Assembly: GCA_951406725.2 (NCBI GenBank)
Contig: OX597825.1
Span: 44,454,001 to 44,518,000, forward strand
Origin: Octopus vulgaris
Lineage: Eukaryota
Direction of reading: 5' to 3'
DNA: 64,000 bases
Part shown: one piece after another, positions 14,059 to 26,559 of the stretch
How the letters are laid out: every line of letters begins with the position of its first letter
Position numbering within the stretch: the first letter of the stretch is position 1
Program-made: the position numbers and the translations under genes
Notes under the pieces: generated by a model
The model's database searches: none
Told to the model about the DNA's origin: nothing
What the model saw: the letters and a program-made list of their open reading frames with translations, nothing else

Positions 14059-15092
14059 ATAGATGAAGATACAACCAGCAACGTCTCATCCTTTGCTGAT
14101 GACACCAGGGTCATGAGACAAATCAAAGACGAGGTGGGTAAAGAGGCCTTACAAAAGGACCTGACCACCATATATAAATGGCAGGAAACAAACAACATGT
14201 TGTTCAATGATAAGAAGTTTGAACTAATTCGCTACGGAACAGATCAAGATCTGAAAAATACAACAAACTACAGAAACCCATCAGGACAACAAATAATGGA
14301 AAAACAGTATGTGAAAGATTTAGGCATCCACATGGGAACCAACCTAAAATTCAGAGAACACCTTGACTCAGTCTGTCTTACTGCAAGAAAGTACAGCGGG
14401 TGGATCTTGCGCACCTTCAAATCAAGAGATACCTCAACAATGAAAACCCTCTGGAACAGTATGATACTTCCGAGGATTGACTACTGTTCTCAGTTGTGGT
14501 CACCAATAACAAAGGGCCAACTATCTAAGATAGAATCGCTCCAAAGAAATTTTACCTCATACTTCTCAGAAACGAGGGACCTGGACTATTGGCAAAGACT
14601 CAAAACCTTGAGGATGTACTCAATAGAAAGAAGATTTGAGTGATACCGAATTATATACATTTGGAAAATGATAGAGCAGAAGGTGCCAAACTTTGGTATC
14701 AAAACCTACCACTCACTGCGCCACGGAAGACGCTGCCAGCTGCCACCAATCAACAAAAAGGCTGGCCAGGCAGCAAAAACCTTGCGAGAATCAAGTCTGT
14801 TGGTTCGAGGAGCACAACTGTTCAACTCCATTCCGGTACATGTCAGAAATCTATCAGGATGCAGTGTGGAATCATTCAAATTGCAACTGGATAGATACTT
14901 AAGCACCATTAGAGATGAACCCCATCTCCCAGGATATACACAACGAGCACAAACTGACTCAAACTCGCTCCTACACATGTCAAAATTAAGCAGAGAATAC
15001 AACCTGGCAACCACACCAGACTCTGAGGGTAGAGTCTTCGACTTGGCCTGAGCATGGACTCAAACCCAGATGAAATGAAATGAAATGAAATG
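14059..15092 (+). mobile_element. CR1/L2-group LINE, 5'-truncated, RT C-terminal half with (GAAAT)n tail
   Basis: VSSFADDT, KDLGIHM, RIDYCSQLWSP, LDYWQRLKTLRMYSIERR; one in-frame TGA at 14641; ORF ends at 15051; tail gatgaaatgaaatgaaatgaaatg. Confidence 0.9.
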
Positions 15093-15339
15093 TCTGCGTA
15101 TATGTAGATGTGTCTTTACTTTCAAGGGGAGGGGAAGGTGAGATAAACAGTTTGTGTGTGCGCATGTATGTTTGTGTGCGTGTGTATGTTTGTGTGTGCG
15201 TGCTCACAAAAGTACACACAGATATACACAGACGCTTACCTATACAAAAACTCGCCACACCGCAGACACAGCAGGTGTACACATGCATATACTGAAATGC
15301 ATACGCATAAACAAACATTCACACATTCACACACACTTG

Positions 15340-15373
<34 letters not shown>

Positions 15374-16421
15374 CACTCACACACATACACTCACACATAC
15401 GAACATGCACATACGAGAGCCGACTCAACCACACAAACGTTTACAAGGCCACATCCTCGCGAGTGCACACCCCACATGCGCATAGATGCTCACACTCGCA
15501 TACATCTACTTCTGTTCTCTCTTCTCCCCTTACCACCCCACCACTTAAGAAACTACACCCATAAATCTTTACGGAATGACAAACAAATTCCAGTAGATCT
15601 GAGACCGAACTCACCTTCAACAAAAGGCCGAGTCCTTAAAGCGGTCAATGATGGCTAATGCATACAAACTCACTCACAAACACACAAACATGCAGTCCCA
15701 CACATAAATGCACGCGCACGCATAGATACACACACCAACACATATAAAATCTTCGTTTTCTCTCACTCTTCCTTTCTCCTGTAAGTAAACAGACATCTGC
15801 ATACTCACATACACACAGGCATAAGACTGATTCTCGGACAGACTCAAGACAGGAGGCATGTCATTGATGAAAGGACACTTTCTAACAACCAATCGATTGA
15901 TTGATTAATCAGCACATTAAACAAACGATCGATTTCTTAGTTGGCATTTAACCGGTTGACAAACAATGGAGAAGTTATAATAAACCAGTGCGTGTGTTGT
16001 TATTATTGTTGTACCCTCTGAAGACACAACAACAAGATTTGATTGAACACGCGAACTCACAGTCAAGGATCTTGCAAGCCAAATAGAAAAACGAAGTAAA
16101 TGTGTAAAAGATTTATTTATAAAAACATGAGAAATTTTTATTAAAACATAAACATGCCTTTTATTTCTTATTTGTCATTAAAATTTTTTTTTTTCTTATA
16201 TTCGAAACATCATTCATTAAAATTTTACACTGCAAATTTCTTAATTTCATTTAATATTATGGGCATCTATTTAACTGCAATTTTGTCTCCTGCACCTGTT
16301 TAAGGATTGTACTGGATAATTTGCGAAAATAACTTTAACAGTTCAAATGCTAAAAAATAAGCCTGCTCAATTTGATTTATACCAAATAATTTAGGAAAAT
16401 AAATGGATTATTTCCCTTGGC

Positions 16422-17072
16422 TATATATAAGGATCCCTTCCATAGGCGAATGGGTTATTTCCTTGGCTTTTAAAATAAAATAGATTAGATATATATATGG
16501 ATCCCATACAGAGGCACTATTATCGATTTTTCAACAATTTGAGAATGCCATGACGTTTCTAGACACGAGTTCTACTCACGTGTCAAGTTTCATCAAAATC
16601 GATAATAAAGACAGAATTTCCCACACATGTATTAGAAATATGTATATATAAAGACACGTAGCGTCTAATATATGTTGATTTTTGATGAAATGGACAATGC
16701 ATAAAATTAACAAAAATACAATAAAAATTTTCATTTCATTTTGAAGCAAGTATTACGAGATCAAAAGCATTTGGGAGACATAAACATTTAATTAGAATCA
16801 GCTTCTATGAAACATTAAGATGTAATTACGCTTAAAAGTCAGCTATATTTTCATTTTAAAAGCATATGTATTACGAGCTAAAATTTTATTATCGATTTTG
16901 ATGAAACTTGACACGTGAGTAGAACTCGTGTCTAGAAACGTCATGGCATTCTCAAACTGTTGAAAAATCGATAATAGTGCCTCTGTATGGGATCCATATA
17001 TATATCTAATCTATTTTATTTTAAAAGCCAAGGAAATAACCCATTCGCCTATGGAAGGGATCCTTATATATA
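16422..17072. mobile_element. Foldback/MITE-like element: 188-bp inverted arms (16422-16609, 16885-17072) and a 275-bp spacer
   Basis: Arms are reverse complements with one mismatch seen; ends lie in TA repeats. Confidence 0.8.
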
Positions 17073-17308
17073 AATTTTAAAACTATCAAAAAATATGATG
17101 TATGAGAGTAAGATAAAATTATGGACTTCCTTTGTTTGTGACCACTGTGTTACAACGTCTTTGCTAAACAACATTTCAATTTCGTGCGTAAATATTTATT
17201 AATCGAAACCAGACTGACTTTGATTACCGAGATTTAAGTTGCTGACATCGAATTTAATGTTAAAAACCCTTTATATAAAGGCGATACTTCGATATCTATA
17301 ATTTGTCA

Positions 17309-17688
17309 CTGTGTGATAAGAAGCTTACTTCCTAACCACGTGGATCCGGGTTCAATCGTATTGCGTAGTACCTTGTATCTTCCACTATAGCCTCGGCCGA
17401 CCAAAGCCTTGTAAGTGGATTTGGTAGACGGAAACTGAATGAAGCCCGTCGTATATATATATATATATATATATATGTACGTATGTATTTGTTTGTCCTC
17501 CCCACCATCAGTTGACAAGCGGTGTTGGTGTGCTTACGTCCCCGTAAACCAAAGGTTCGGCAAAGGAAACCGATAGACTAAGTGATAGGCTTAGACAGAA
17601 TAAGTCTTGGGGCCGATTTGTTCAACTAAAGACGATGCTCCAGCATGGCCGCAGTCAAATGTCTGAAACAAGTAAAGGAATAAAAGAA
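17309..17688 (+). mobile_element. SINE family A
   Basis: ctatagcctcggccgaccaaagccttgtaagtggatttggtagacggaaactg..; tail cagcatggccgcagtcaaatg. Confidence 0.85.
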
Positions 17689-17877
17689 TTCATAAATTTC
17701 TTAGATGCATACGCACATACAGTAGAAGCCATGTGAAAGTGTGTGCGTACGTATGTATGTATGCATGAATGTATGTATGCATGTATGTAAATATATGTAT
17801 GTATGTGTAAAAGTGAAACATCCCCTTTATATATAAATATATATGTGTGTATAGAAAGGTGATATAATATCTCAGTT

Positions 17878-18085
17878 GTTCCAAATTTTGACACAAGGCC
17901 AGCAAGTTCATGGGATGGATAAGTCAATTACATCGACCGCAGTTCTTAACTGACTGGTATGTATTTTATCGACGTCGAAGGGATGAAAGGCAAAGTCAAT
18001 CTCGGTGGAATTTGAAATCATAATGTGAATACGAACGAAACGCTGATCATCATTTAGCCTGGTGTGCAAACGATTCTGCCAACTA
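17878..18085 (-). mobile_element. SINE family B
   Basis: Plus strand shows gggatgaaaggcaaagtcaatctcggtggaatttgaa and aacgattctgccaact. Confidence 0.8.
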
Positions 18086-18631
18086 ACAGTCTTAGGGCGA
18101 TGTAATATATTAGAAGCTATGTTAACTGGCGGTTTGGTGTGTCGAAAATCTTTACACGCCACTTAGTGCAATATTCGTTCAAGTACCGATCGAAGGTAGT
18201 TCACATCAGTTTTCTTATGTCCATAACAACTTCAAGGATTGTAATAACATAATTGTGGACAAACACTACAACAAATTCTTTGTATATTTCTTAGGAAAGA
18301 TTTATTGAGGCTGTTGAGAAAACCGCGCCGAAGTGAAATACATTTCAAAACAACGACAGTTCTCTAGATTAATGAAACAGAAAATTCATTTAAGAAACAG
18401 TAATTTTTTTGTCTCAAGAGAAAGAAATGAGTAAAAATTTTAGAAAAATATTTAACAAAAAGTATACGAAATATTATATTAACTGAAAATTGTATCAGAT
18501 AACCCATATACTAAAAATTTAATAGATAAGCATTACAATCTTACTTGAAAATATGGAAAATTATATATCGTTTTGGGAATATGTTTCTTATCGCTACTAC
18601 ATTACAACCTTTAGAAGCTACTCTCCCCCCC

Positions 18632-18670
<39 letters not shown>

Positions 18671-18683
18671 AACACAAACACAG

Positions 18684-18714
<31 letters not shown>

Positions 18715-18877
18715 TACATCTATGGATATATATATATATACATGCACATGCACATATGTATGAAGATATATGTACACACAGACACGCACGCACATATAGA
18801 CTGTATATGTGCGCGCGTGCGTATGTGTTCTAATTCTTAATGCAAATGCATAGTATTATTAAACATGTAATAAATGC

Positions 18878-19083
18878 TGCAAACTGGCAGAATTGTTAAC
18901 ACGCCTGGCAAAATGCTTAGCGGCATTTCGTCCATCTTAACGTTCTGAGCTCACATTTCGCCGAGGTCGACTTTGCCTTTCATCCTTTTGAGGTCGATAA
19001 AATAAATACCAGCTGAGATCTGGGATTAATGTAATCGACTCAACCTCGCGCCCCTACCAAAAAAGGCCGGTCTTGTGCTTTGA
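18878..19083 (+). mobile_element. SINE family B
   Basis: ctggcagaattgttaacacgcc..gccgaggtcgactttgcctttcatcc. Confidence 0.85.
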
Positions 19084-19271
19084 AATTTTACTGTCTCACA
19101 CACATATATGCACATACTTGTACACACACACATACACACACACAAACACATACATTTGTGTGCCAGTGAGCTGTACCATTGCCTACGTAATTCCAGGTTC
19201 ACTCCCACCAAACGGAACCTTTAGAGTTAAATTTTCTCAGCGGAAACTAAATGAAAAATTATCGAATAGGA

Positions 19272-20374
19272 TTAGGTCGTTCCGAAAATAATGTCCACTC
19301 TAAGTGTTGTGTTTTGAAAAGCATATCTATGATAGTATTTTAATTGTATTTTAGGTGAATTTCAACATAGGAAATGATGTATACACTTTAATAATTTTCT
19401 ACTTATTTTAAACAGACAACATACTTGAAGCATAGGCGCTCTTTATTATGAACATGACAAAAAAGGACCTTCGCTTACTTTTCTTGTATGAGTTCAAGCT
19501 TGGGCACAATGCCTCCCAAACAGCTGCCAATATCAACAGAGCATGGGGAGTGGGTTCCACAAGTGATCGCACAATACGAAGGTGGTTTCAGAAATTTCGT
19601 AATGGTATAGGACGGTCATGCAGTCTTGACAATGAACAATTGAAAGCAATTGTTGAACAAAACCCAAGTCAAAGTGTGAGAGAAATGTCGGTATTGCAAC
19701 GGTCTCACGCAATCCGCAGAAAATTGGTAAGGTGAAAAATCTCGATGAATGGATACCGCATGAGCTCAGTGAATGTGAAAGCGTTTGGCGTTTTGAAGTG
19801 TGCTCGGTGTTCTTTCTGCGAAACATCAATGATCCTTTATGGACCGAATAGTTATTTCTGACGAAAAGTGGATCCTTTATGATAACCGTAAACGGTCAGG
19901 TCAATGGCTTGATCGTGATGCGTTCCCCAAACATTTCCCTAAGCCAAAGTTGCATCAGCGAAAGATTATGGTGACTGCCTAGTGATCTGCAACTGGTATT
20001 GTCCATTACAGCTTTCTGGAAGCCAATCAGAGCATTACTGCAGAGGTTTACTGCTATCAACTCGCTGAAATGCATGCTCACTTGCAAAAAAAGGAGACCT
20101 GCATTGGTGAATCGGCGTGGCCCAATTCTGCTCAACGATAATGCGAAGCCACATGCTGCAAGAATGATGCTGCAGAAACTCACAGACTTAAGATTTCTTA
20201 GCTTCAAAGCCAATAAGTTTTTATCAATGAGGCATAAATAATCTCGTTGATCGATGGTAGAGATGCATAGATGTTCATGGATCATACTTTGACTAATCAA
20301 AACATTTCTATTGTTAATTTTTCCAGAATAAAATTTTATTTCTGGAATCGGCCATTATTTTCGGAACAACCTAA
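19272..20374 (+). mobile_element. Mariner DNA transposon relic with both TIRs; transposase pseudogene 19448 to ~20240
   Basis: TIRs ttaggt(c/t)gttccgaaaataatg; HTH LLFLYEFKLGHNASQTAANINRAWG..RTIRRWFQKFR; [24 protein letters not shown]; frameshifts, YSPDL region missing. Confidence 0.92.
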
Positions 20375-20455
20375 TATATAATGGCGTTTCATTACATCCG
20401 TTTACATTCAAATATTGAATGTCAACTTTCACATTCCTTTCTTGTGGTGTAACTA

Positions 20456-20596
20456 TTAGGTTGTCCCAAAAGTTCGTAAACACTTGCGAAAATTGAATTT
20501 TTACTCGCCAAGTACTAACAAAAACAACAAAAATTATTCCTCAAAATAAAGACCATTATTTTCCAAGACTTTCTACGAACTTTTGGGACAACCTTA
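20456..20596. mobile_element. 141-bp mariner-type MITE
   Basis: TIR aggttgtcccaaaagttcgta at both ends; TA on both flanks. Confidence 0.85.
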
Positions 20597-21946
20597 TATA
20601 ATACTGAGTATCGATATAATGAAAAAATATTCTCTTGAAAGCAAATATTATCGCAGCTTTAATTAGCTAGAACAACAGAAGAATGAAACACACACACGCA
20701 CGCGCGCGCGCGCGTACACACACATTAACATGAAATTGATCAATATATGTTTCTCGATTGTTCAAGAAGAACAGGAAAATGTAATTTATATAAACTTTAC
20801 TTTATGTGATTATAAATTTGTTTCCATCATTTTGATATCATCAGAAAAAATAAGTTGTATGAAAAATAGTTTAGAATTATACAAGGAAGGAAAGAAGCAA
20901 ATAACGAGAATTTGGATAAAAGTAATGCATGAAATAAGGAAGAAGGGAAAAAGGGAATAGTGGATGAAAAAAATAATAGAAGAAAATAATGAAGACATAT
21001 AGGCAAGGAGAAAGTAAAAGCATAAGACCAAGGATGTGGTGAGAATTTAGTTGGGGAATGGCTTAGTTCAAAATGTGTCCATTGATATACATATTTGGAT
21101 AAGGCTAAATATTTAATAGTTAACCTTACATTTCGGATATAATGGACGGGAGAGAATTTGACAAATATCTAATACAGAAGTGGAAGCAGAAATATGTGGT
21201 ATTACATTTTTGTTGAACACATTGAGACAAACTATTTGAAAATGAGCAGTTGAACAACTGCAATAAAAATCAACTAAAGATTGTTTAGGACAGAATTGTG
21301 CAAAGGTCCTTGTATAAGAAGTATGTTAAAACAAAATCAGTTTAAAATAATTTCTACAGAGAAAACTTTGGAGAAAATCTTACATATTTCTTACACATTG
21401 ATTACGAGTTACATCAGCTTCATAAATACACACTTGAAGAAAGAACATAGACATGATTCCTTTCTCTTGATAATCAGTTTAAATATCTGCTGACATTGCT
21501 CTTAATTGTAGTTATTCTAATTAGTAAAAAATTAGTATATACTTTTACACACTGAGAATGAAGAAAACATTAGAGGTGCGAACTATCTCTTTGCTGATAG
21601 TTTTAGAACGTTTTTCTAGATGTTGCTTGTTCAGATCATCGGAAGAGAGTATACCAGAGTATACCATTTGGGTAAAATGACCGCGACTGTACATAACAAT
21701 ATTATGTGGATGGAAGTAGCAGAAACAGGCAATGGTATTCCAGTGGAAAGTAATATTTCCTTCCAACAATGAAAGCATCCAAGCGCTTTCCGAGCCAACT
21801 GAATTAGATTAAGTGCTTCCTTCTATAGTTGCTCTCTTGAATCACAAACATCTATTAAGTCGGTGACTGTTCCATATGGAACACATGGAACAAATGTAAA
21901 AAGGATTTCTAGTAGAAGAAATATGAACAAAATGTTCCACAAAAAG

Positions 21947-21953
<7 letters not shown>

Positions 21954-22009
<56 letters not shown>

Positions 22010-22051
22010 TATATATATGTATGTATATATACACACATATATACATATATG

Positions 22052-22121
<70 letters not shown>
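21954..22121. repeat. (TC)n-(CA)n-(TA)n compound microsatellite
   Basis: Directly visible. Confidence 0.95.
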
Positions 22122-22124
<3 letters not shown>

Positions 22125-23189
22125 CAATTCTGTGTGTTGTTTTTGTATATACATGTACTTACTCACACACACACATTGATTCAAATACAAAATACAAAAG
22201 CAAAATATTTTGCGTCACTAAAAAGACATGTAATTGAGATAGAGAATATAAACAGAAAGAGCATCTTACAGCTGCTTCTAGAATAGCCAAGCATGTGGAT
22301 CCTGAAGGCAGATATTCCGTCATCGGACAGGTGGAATTCAGAAAAAATATAAAATGAAGAAATATCCCCAATCGAGGATACTAGTACTTTCCAGTTTGAC
22401 AAAAATTAAGGAAACATCAGAGTGAAATAGATATACGTTAGGCAGTTCTATGGTCGAATAAATAATAAAGTTATAGGTAAAGTCCATTAGCAGTTTCAAA
22501 GGAGAACGTCTGACGATAATCCATAGCAAGGAATAGTAGAAGTTACCAGTTCCACTTTTGAATAGAGAGTGAATTAAGATTGAATAGGAATAATATACTA
22601 TAGTGTGAAAGAAAAACAGAATAGTAGATGCACAAGAGTAGATATATACGTTTATGAATTTGTTTTGCAAGATTCCTGATGTGAAACCGTGTGTTGAAAC
22701 AGATATTGTATTTCAGGAAGGACATTTTATTATTTTCTGCCAAATAAACACACGCAGTATATATTCTCAATGGAATAAATCGAGCATGAGCACACATGAA
22801 GACGGAAAATGTCACTGAAGAGGTTACAGATGTGTGACGAAAGATTTCCGGACAATGGACACGTGTTAGAATAAAAACGGTAATAAATGAGTGAAGAGTG
22901 TATACATAGTGCGTGTGTTTATTTGGCAAAAAGAAATGACCATCTCGAAATACAACAATAGTAGATAAATACTAGTCCGTATAGAGAGGACATATTTGTT
23001 GAAAGAGGTTAAGCGATATATACATAAAGACAGAAAGATAAGGGATGAAGAATAGCAGATGTTGGATACTTTCTTCTCATTGCTGAATGGGAGGGAGTGG
23101 TTAGGATGGTATTAAAACAGTTAAAGTTATTTTCGCAAATTATCCAGTACAATCCTTATCCAGTACAATCCAGTACAATCCTTGCAAGA

Positions 23190-24977
23190 TATTGGTAGAT
23201 GTATTCTTACATAGAAAAGTGATATTAGAGCCAATAGTAAAGCTGATGTAGACAAGGAGGTGACACCAAGCTCTGCTAAGAAGCACTGTTCACACGCAAA
23301 GAAAAGTTCTCGCAAATGGAATAATAAACCTTTGAAACAGTCCTCTGCAAAGTACGATTGGGACCTTCGATTAGAACAAAATTTAAGGACAAGTTTGAGC
23401 CAACTGACGTCTTGAAAAGGTGCTTCTCTAAAGGTATTAGGAATCATATTTGCAGAGAAACCATTAAATATGCCGCACAAACGGGAGATTTGCAGTTTAC
23501 TTTGTCTGTTGAGGAATTTTATAAGTATTCTGGAATTCTTCTATAGTCTGGCTACAATAAACTGCCCTGCAGAAGACTGTACTGAGAGACTAGACCCGAT
23601 TCAAGCAACTATTTATATAGTCTTGCAATGTCTAGAAATACGTTTGAGAAAATATCTGCATTTCAACGACAACTATAAACTCAATCCTGTGACAGAGTCT
23701 ATAAGGTTAGGCCTCTTTTTGATCGCCTAAATGATAAATTTTGCCAGTTTGTAAAACCAATGAGTAACCATTTCTCTCTTGATGAAGCAATGGAGCCTTA
23801 TTATGAGCCTCATGGCATGAAACAGTGAGAGGCAAGCCCATACGCTATGCTTTCAAGTCTTGCTGCCTCGCCAGACCAGATGGATTCTTCGCAAAATTCT
23901 ACCCTTACACAGGTGCAGGAGACAAAATTGCTTGGTTCTTCAGTTACCGAAAAATTATGCTTAAAATTTGTACCAGTATGAACATGCATTTATATGGAAA
24001 GCTATTTCACTTCTCTACCTTTGATGGATGCCTTATGAAACAATGGTCGCTTTTGTGTTGGGACAATTGGAAACGATAGAACAGAAATGGGGCTGCTACA
24101 GGAAATAAGCAAAGATGCGTGTAGCACTTGCTGTGCAGTTGAGAATAAGGAGAACAGAATTACTTTGCTAAGATAGCACGATAATAACCAAGTAAATCTT
24201 GTAACCAATTTGAAAGATGAGGTTTTGTATGTTGGCAGCTGTAAACAATGGATGAATTCTTAGAGAAAATGGAGTATTTGTACCTCAACCAAATATTGTG
24301 AAACTATATAACAAACAAACGGGAGGTGTCGATCTCTTTGAGAAATGGAGAAGTCATTATCGAATTAGAATACGATCAAGAAAATAGTATTGCCCTTTGT
24401 TTAGATTTTGCTTCAATGGAAGCATTGTAAATTTATGGATTCTTTTCTGCTGCATTCAGAGAAATATTTCTCTACTGAAATTTACGAGGCAAATAGTTAC
24501 TGCATTGCTTGCTGCACCAGATTTAGAAAAGAAGAGAGTTGTTCGTCTTAAAACAGAGAAGCAAGTTCCGCAAGTGGCATGATTCGATAACAGAGACCAC
24601 CTTGTCAACAAAATTAAAACTCAAAGGCGATGCACAGCTTGTGGAAAATGCACCAAATCTATTTGCATCAAATGCATACATCCTGACACATGCTTTCTTC
24701 ATTCTCATCTATAAATGGTATTCCTGTTAGAAATATATTTACTTGTCATTAGAAGTTTTTTTAAACAAATAAATGCGATAAAATCTTTTTTCTATTTCAT
24801 CTATATTTCAAAAGTTTAACCCTACATGCCAGCGTATGATATATCATACGAGTCTAAAAAACACTTAATTATGATATTCACAGAATTTTGTAGTGTACTT
24901 CTAAAATACATAAAAGTATACAACGTATGTAACTGTAACAAAAAGCTCAATTTTTTTTTCGGGCATTAATGGGTTAA
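23190..24977 (+). mobile_element. piggyBac transposon relic (PGBD2/3-like transposase pseudogene); right end GGG-TTAA
   Basis: FSLDEAMEPYY..HGMKQ, RGKPIRYAFK, HDNNQVNLVTN, PQPNIVKLYNKQTGGVDLF, YRIRIRSRK, C-terminal CTACGKCTKSICIKC; gggTTAA at 24971-24977. Confidence 0.88.
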
Positions 24978-25199
24978 TGAGAGAGATGGAAGATAGAATA
25001 TATAAAAATCTTTACTGATATCTACGATTATTTTGACCCATCTAACACCGATTCCTCGCAGATGAGATACTGAAAATCCAGTGTAGGTGTATCCGTTGTG
25101 TAGATGTGCCTCTTCAGGTGATTTCAAGAGGTGTTTCGTTAAAATAAACTCTGGGTTTTCGTATATAGAAATGGCAAATTATGGCATACAGCTTCCTTT

Positions 25200-25440
25200 T
25201 TATTGAAACTCCTTAAATACCAGATATAAAAACAAACAAAAAGAAACCAATACTATACAATACAGCACGTTCCCGTTCGTCAGACAGTTTTGTTAAACTC
25301 TCCGACGAACGGGAGCGTGAAACTCCGAGTAACAGCTTTTGTTATATTTCTACTGGTTTTAAATAAAGCATATTACTCTACTTCTGGTATTTGAGTACTC
25401 TTTTTTCCACCTTGTTTCACATTTATGTGCTTACTCCGGT
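25200..25440 (+). mobile_element. PLE pseudo-LTR-like fragment with an inverted partial duplication
   Basis: Hammerhead plus a 25-bp antisense copy; ends in a TA repeat. Confidence 0.55.
25295..25339 (+). ncRNA. Type I minimal hammerhead ribozyme
   Basis: ctct-CCGACGA-ACG ggag CGT-GAA-ACTCCGAGT-A-acag; the antisense copy retains canonical ctgt-CTGACGA. Confidence 0.7.
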
Positions 25441-25479
25441 ATATATTTATATATATATACATATATATATATAAAAGGA

Positions 25480-26085
25480 AATGAAGAAATTGCTGACAAA
25501 ATAATTTAAGTAATTTAAGTAATTTAATTAGGTGAAAGTTCTTTTTACCGGTTGCGCATTTGTTATGCTTATCAAAAGATAATTTTTTTAAGAGAGATAG
25601 AGTTCTTTTCTGATAGATTTTTTCCTCTTATCTGACTTTATGTTGGGTTTGCTGTCTCTTATATGTGAAAAAAGAGGCTCCAGAGTTGTTTAAGATTTGC
25701 TTGGTTTCGCGCCTAAAATTTCTTGTGGACAATGGTCAATACAATTTTGATTGGTCATTATGAAGGGGTCACGTGAATGTTTGAATGGAAGTTGGTGTTG
25801 GGGTAAGAAAAAAGGCTCCAGAGAAGTTAAAATTTGGCTAGTGTCGCGCCTAAAATTTCTTATTGGTCATAATAAAGAGGTCACGTGGATGTGGTCATAA
25901 TAGAGAGGTCACGTGAATGTTTAGAATTTTGGAAAACAGCATTGTTGAAAATTCTTATTGTTCAGGCTGGTCAGTAGACGTCATGTGGATATTTTAAATA
26001 GCTTTTTAGCGCGTAGTTAGGGAGTGCATTTTCCGCTTGACTGAATTTGAGCTGGATAAGTAAGTTCGTTTAGGACAGGAAGAGC
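25480..26085 (-). mobile_element. Penelope-like 3' end (degenerate endonuclease C-terminus plus pseudo-LTR)
   Basis: SSGKCTP*LRAKKLF..SLNNKN..CC resembles the PLE C-terminal KC.LC..EK..LN.R.E..C motif; hammerhead-like motif at 25540-25579. Confidence 0.55.
25540..25579 (-). ncRNA. Degenerate minimal hammerhead ribozyme
   Basis: tctt-TTGATAA-GCAT aacaa ATGC-GCA-ACCGGT-A-aaaaga. Confidence 0.5.
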
Positions 26086-26559
26086 TATATGTATGTATGT
26101 GTGTGCGCGCGCGCGTGTGCGTGTGTGTGTGTGTGTTTATATGTATGTTGGGGCGTGTATATATGTGTGCGTGTGTGGGTACAATTTTCAATATTTATAG
26201 TTCTGCTGGCCTTGTGCCTGTATCGGGAAGCAACGTGTTTGTGTGAAGTCAATATTTACAGTCATTTCCAAAATATAGTGTTGGGTGTTTTTCACCCGTA
26301 TCCAATTATGTGTATGTGTGGAACCATATATTTGCGTGTGTCATGGTGTTAATATCTGGGTAAAAGTGTGTGTAGGGTGTGTGCAGGTGTAAGTGTGTTT
26401 GTTGTGAGTTCGTGTTAGGGGGATGTGTTTAGAAGTGGTCTGTATTTATTAATAAGGTGGGATTCCATGGTTATTCGCTGGGTGTGAGTGGCATTGTCTT
26501 TAAATTTGTAGAGGGGAAAGATTCTAAAGTTGGGATGAAGTTGTGCGGCACAGGTATCA

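Noticed and set aside
19448-20241. Domesticated SETMAR-like gene
   Set aside because: No SET domain; TIRs present; frameshifts and stops.
21050-22900. Possible BEL/Pao or L1 relic
   Set aside because: Only faint motif resemblance; cannot be supported by eye.
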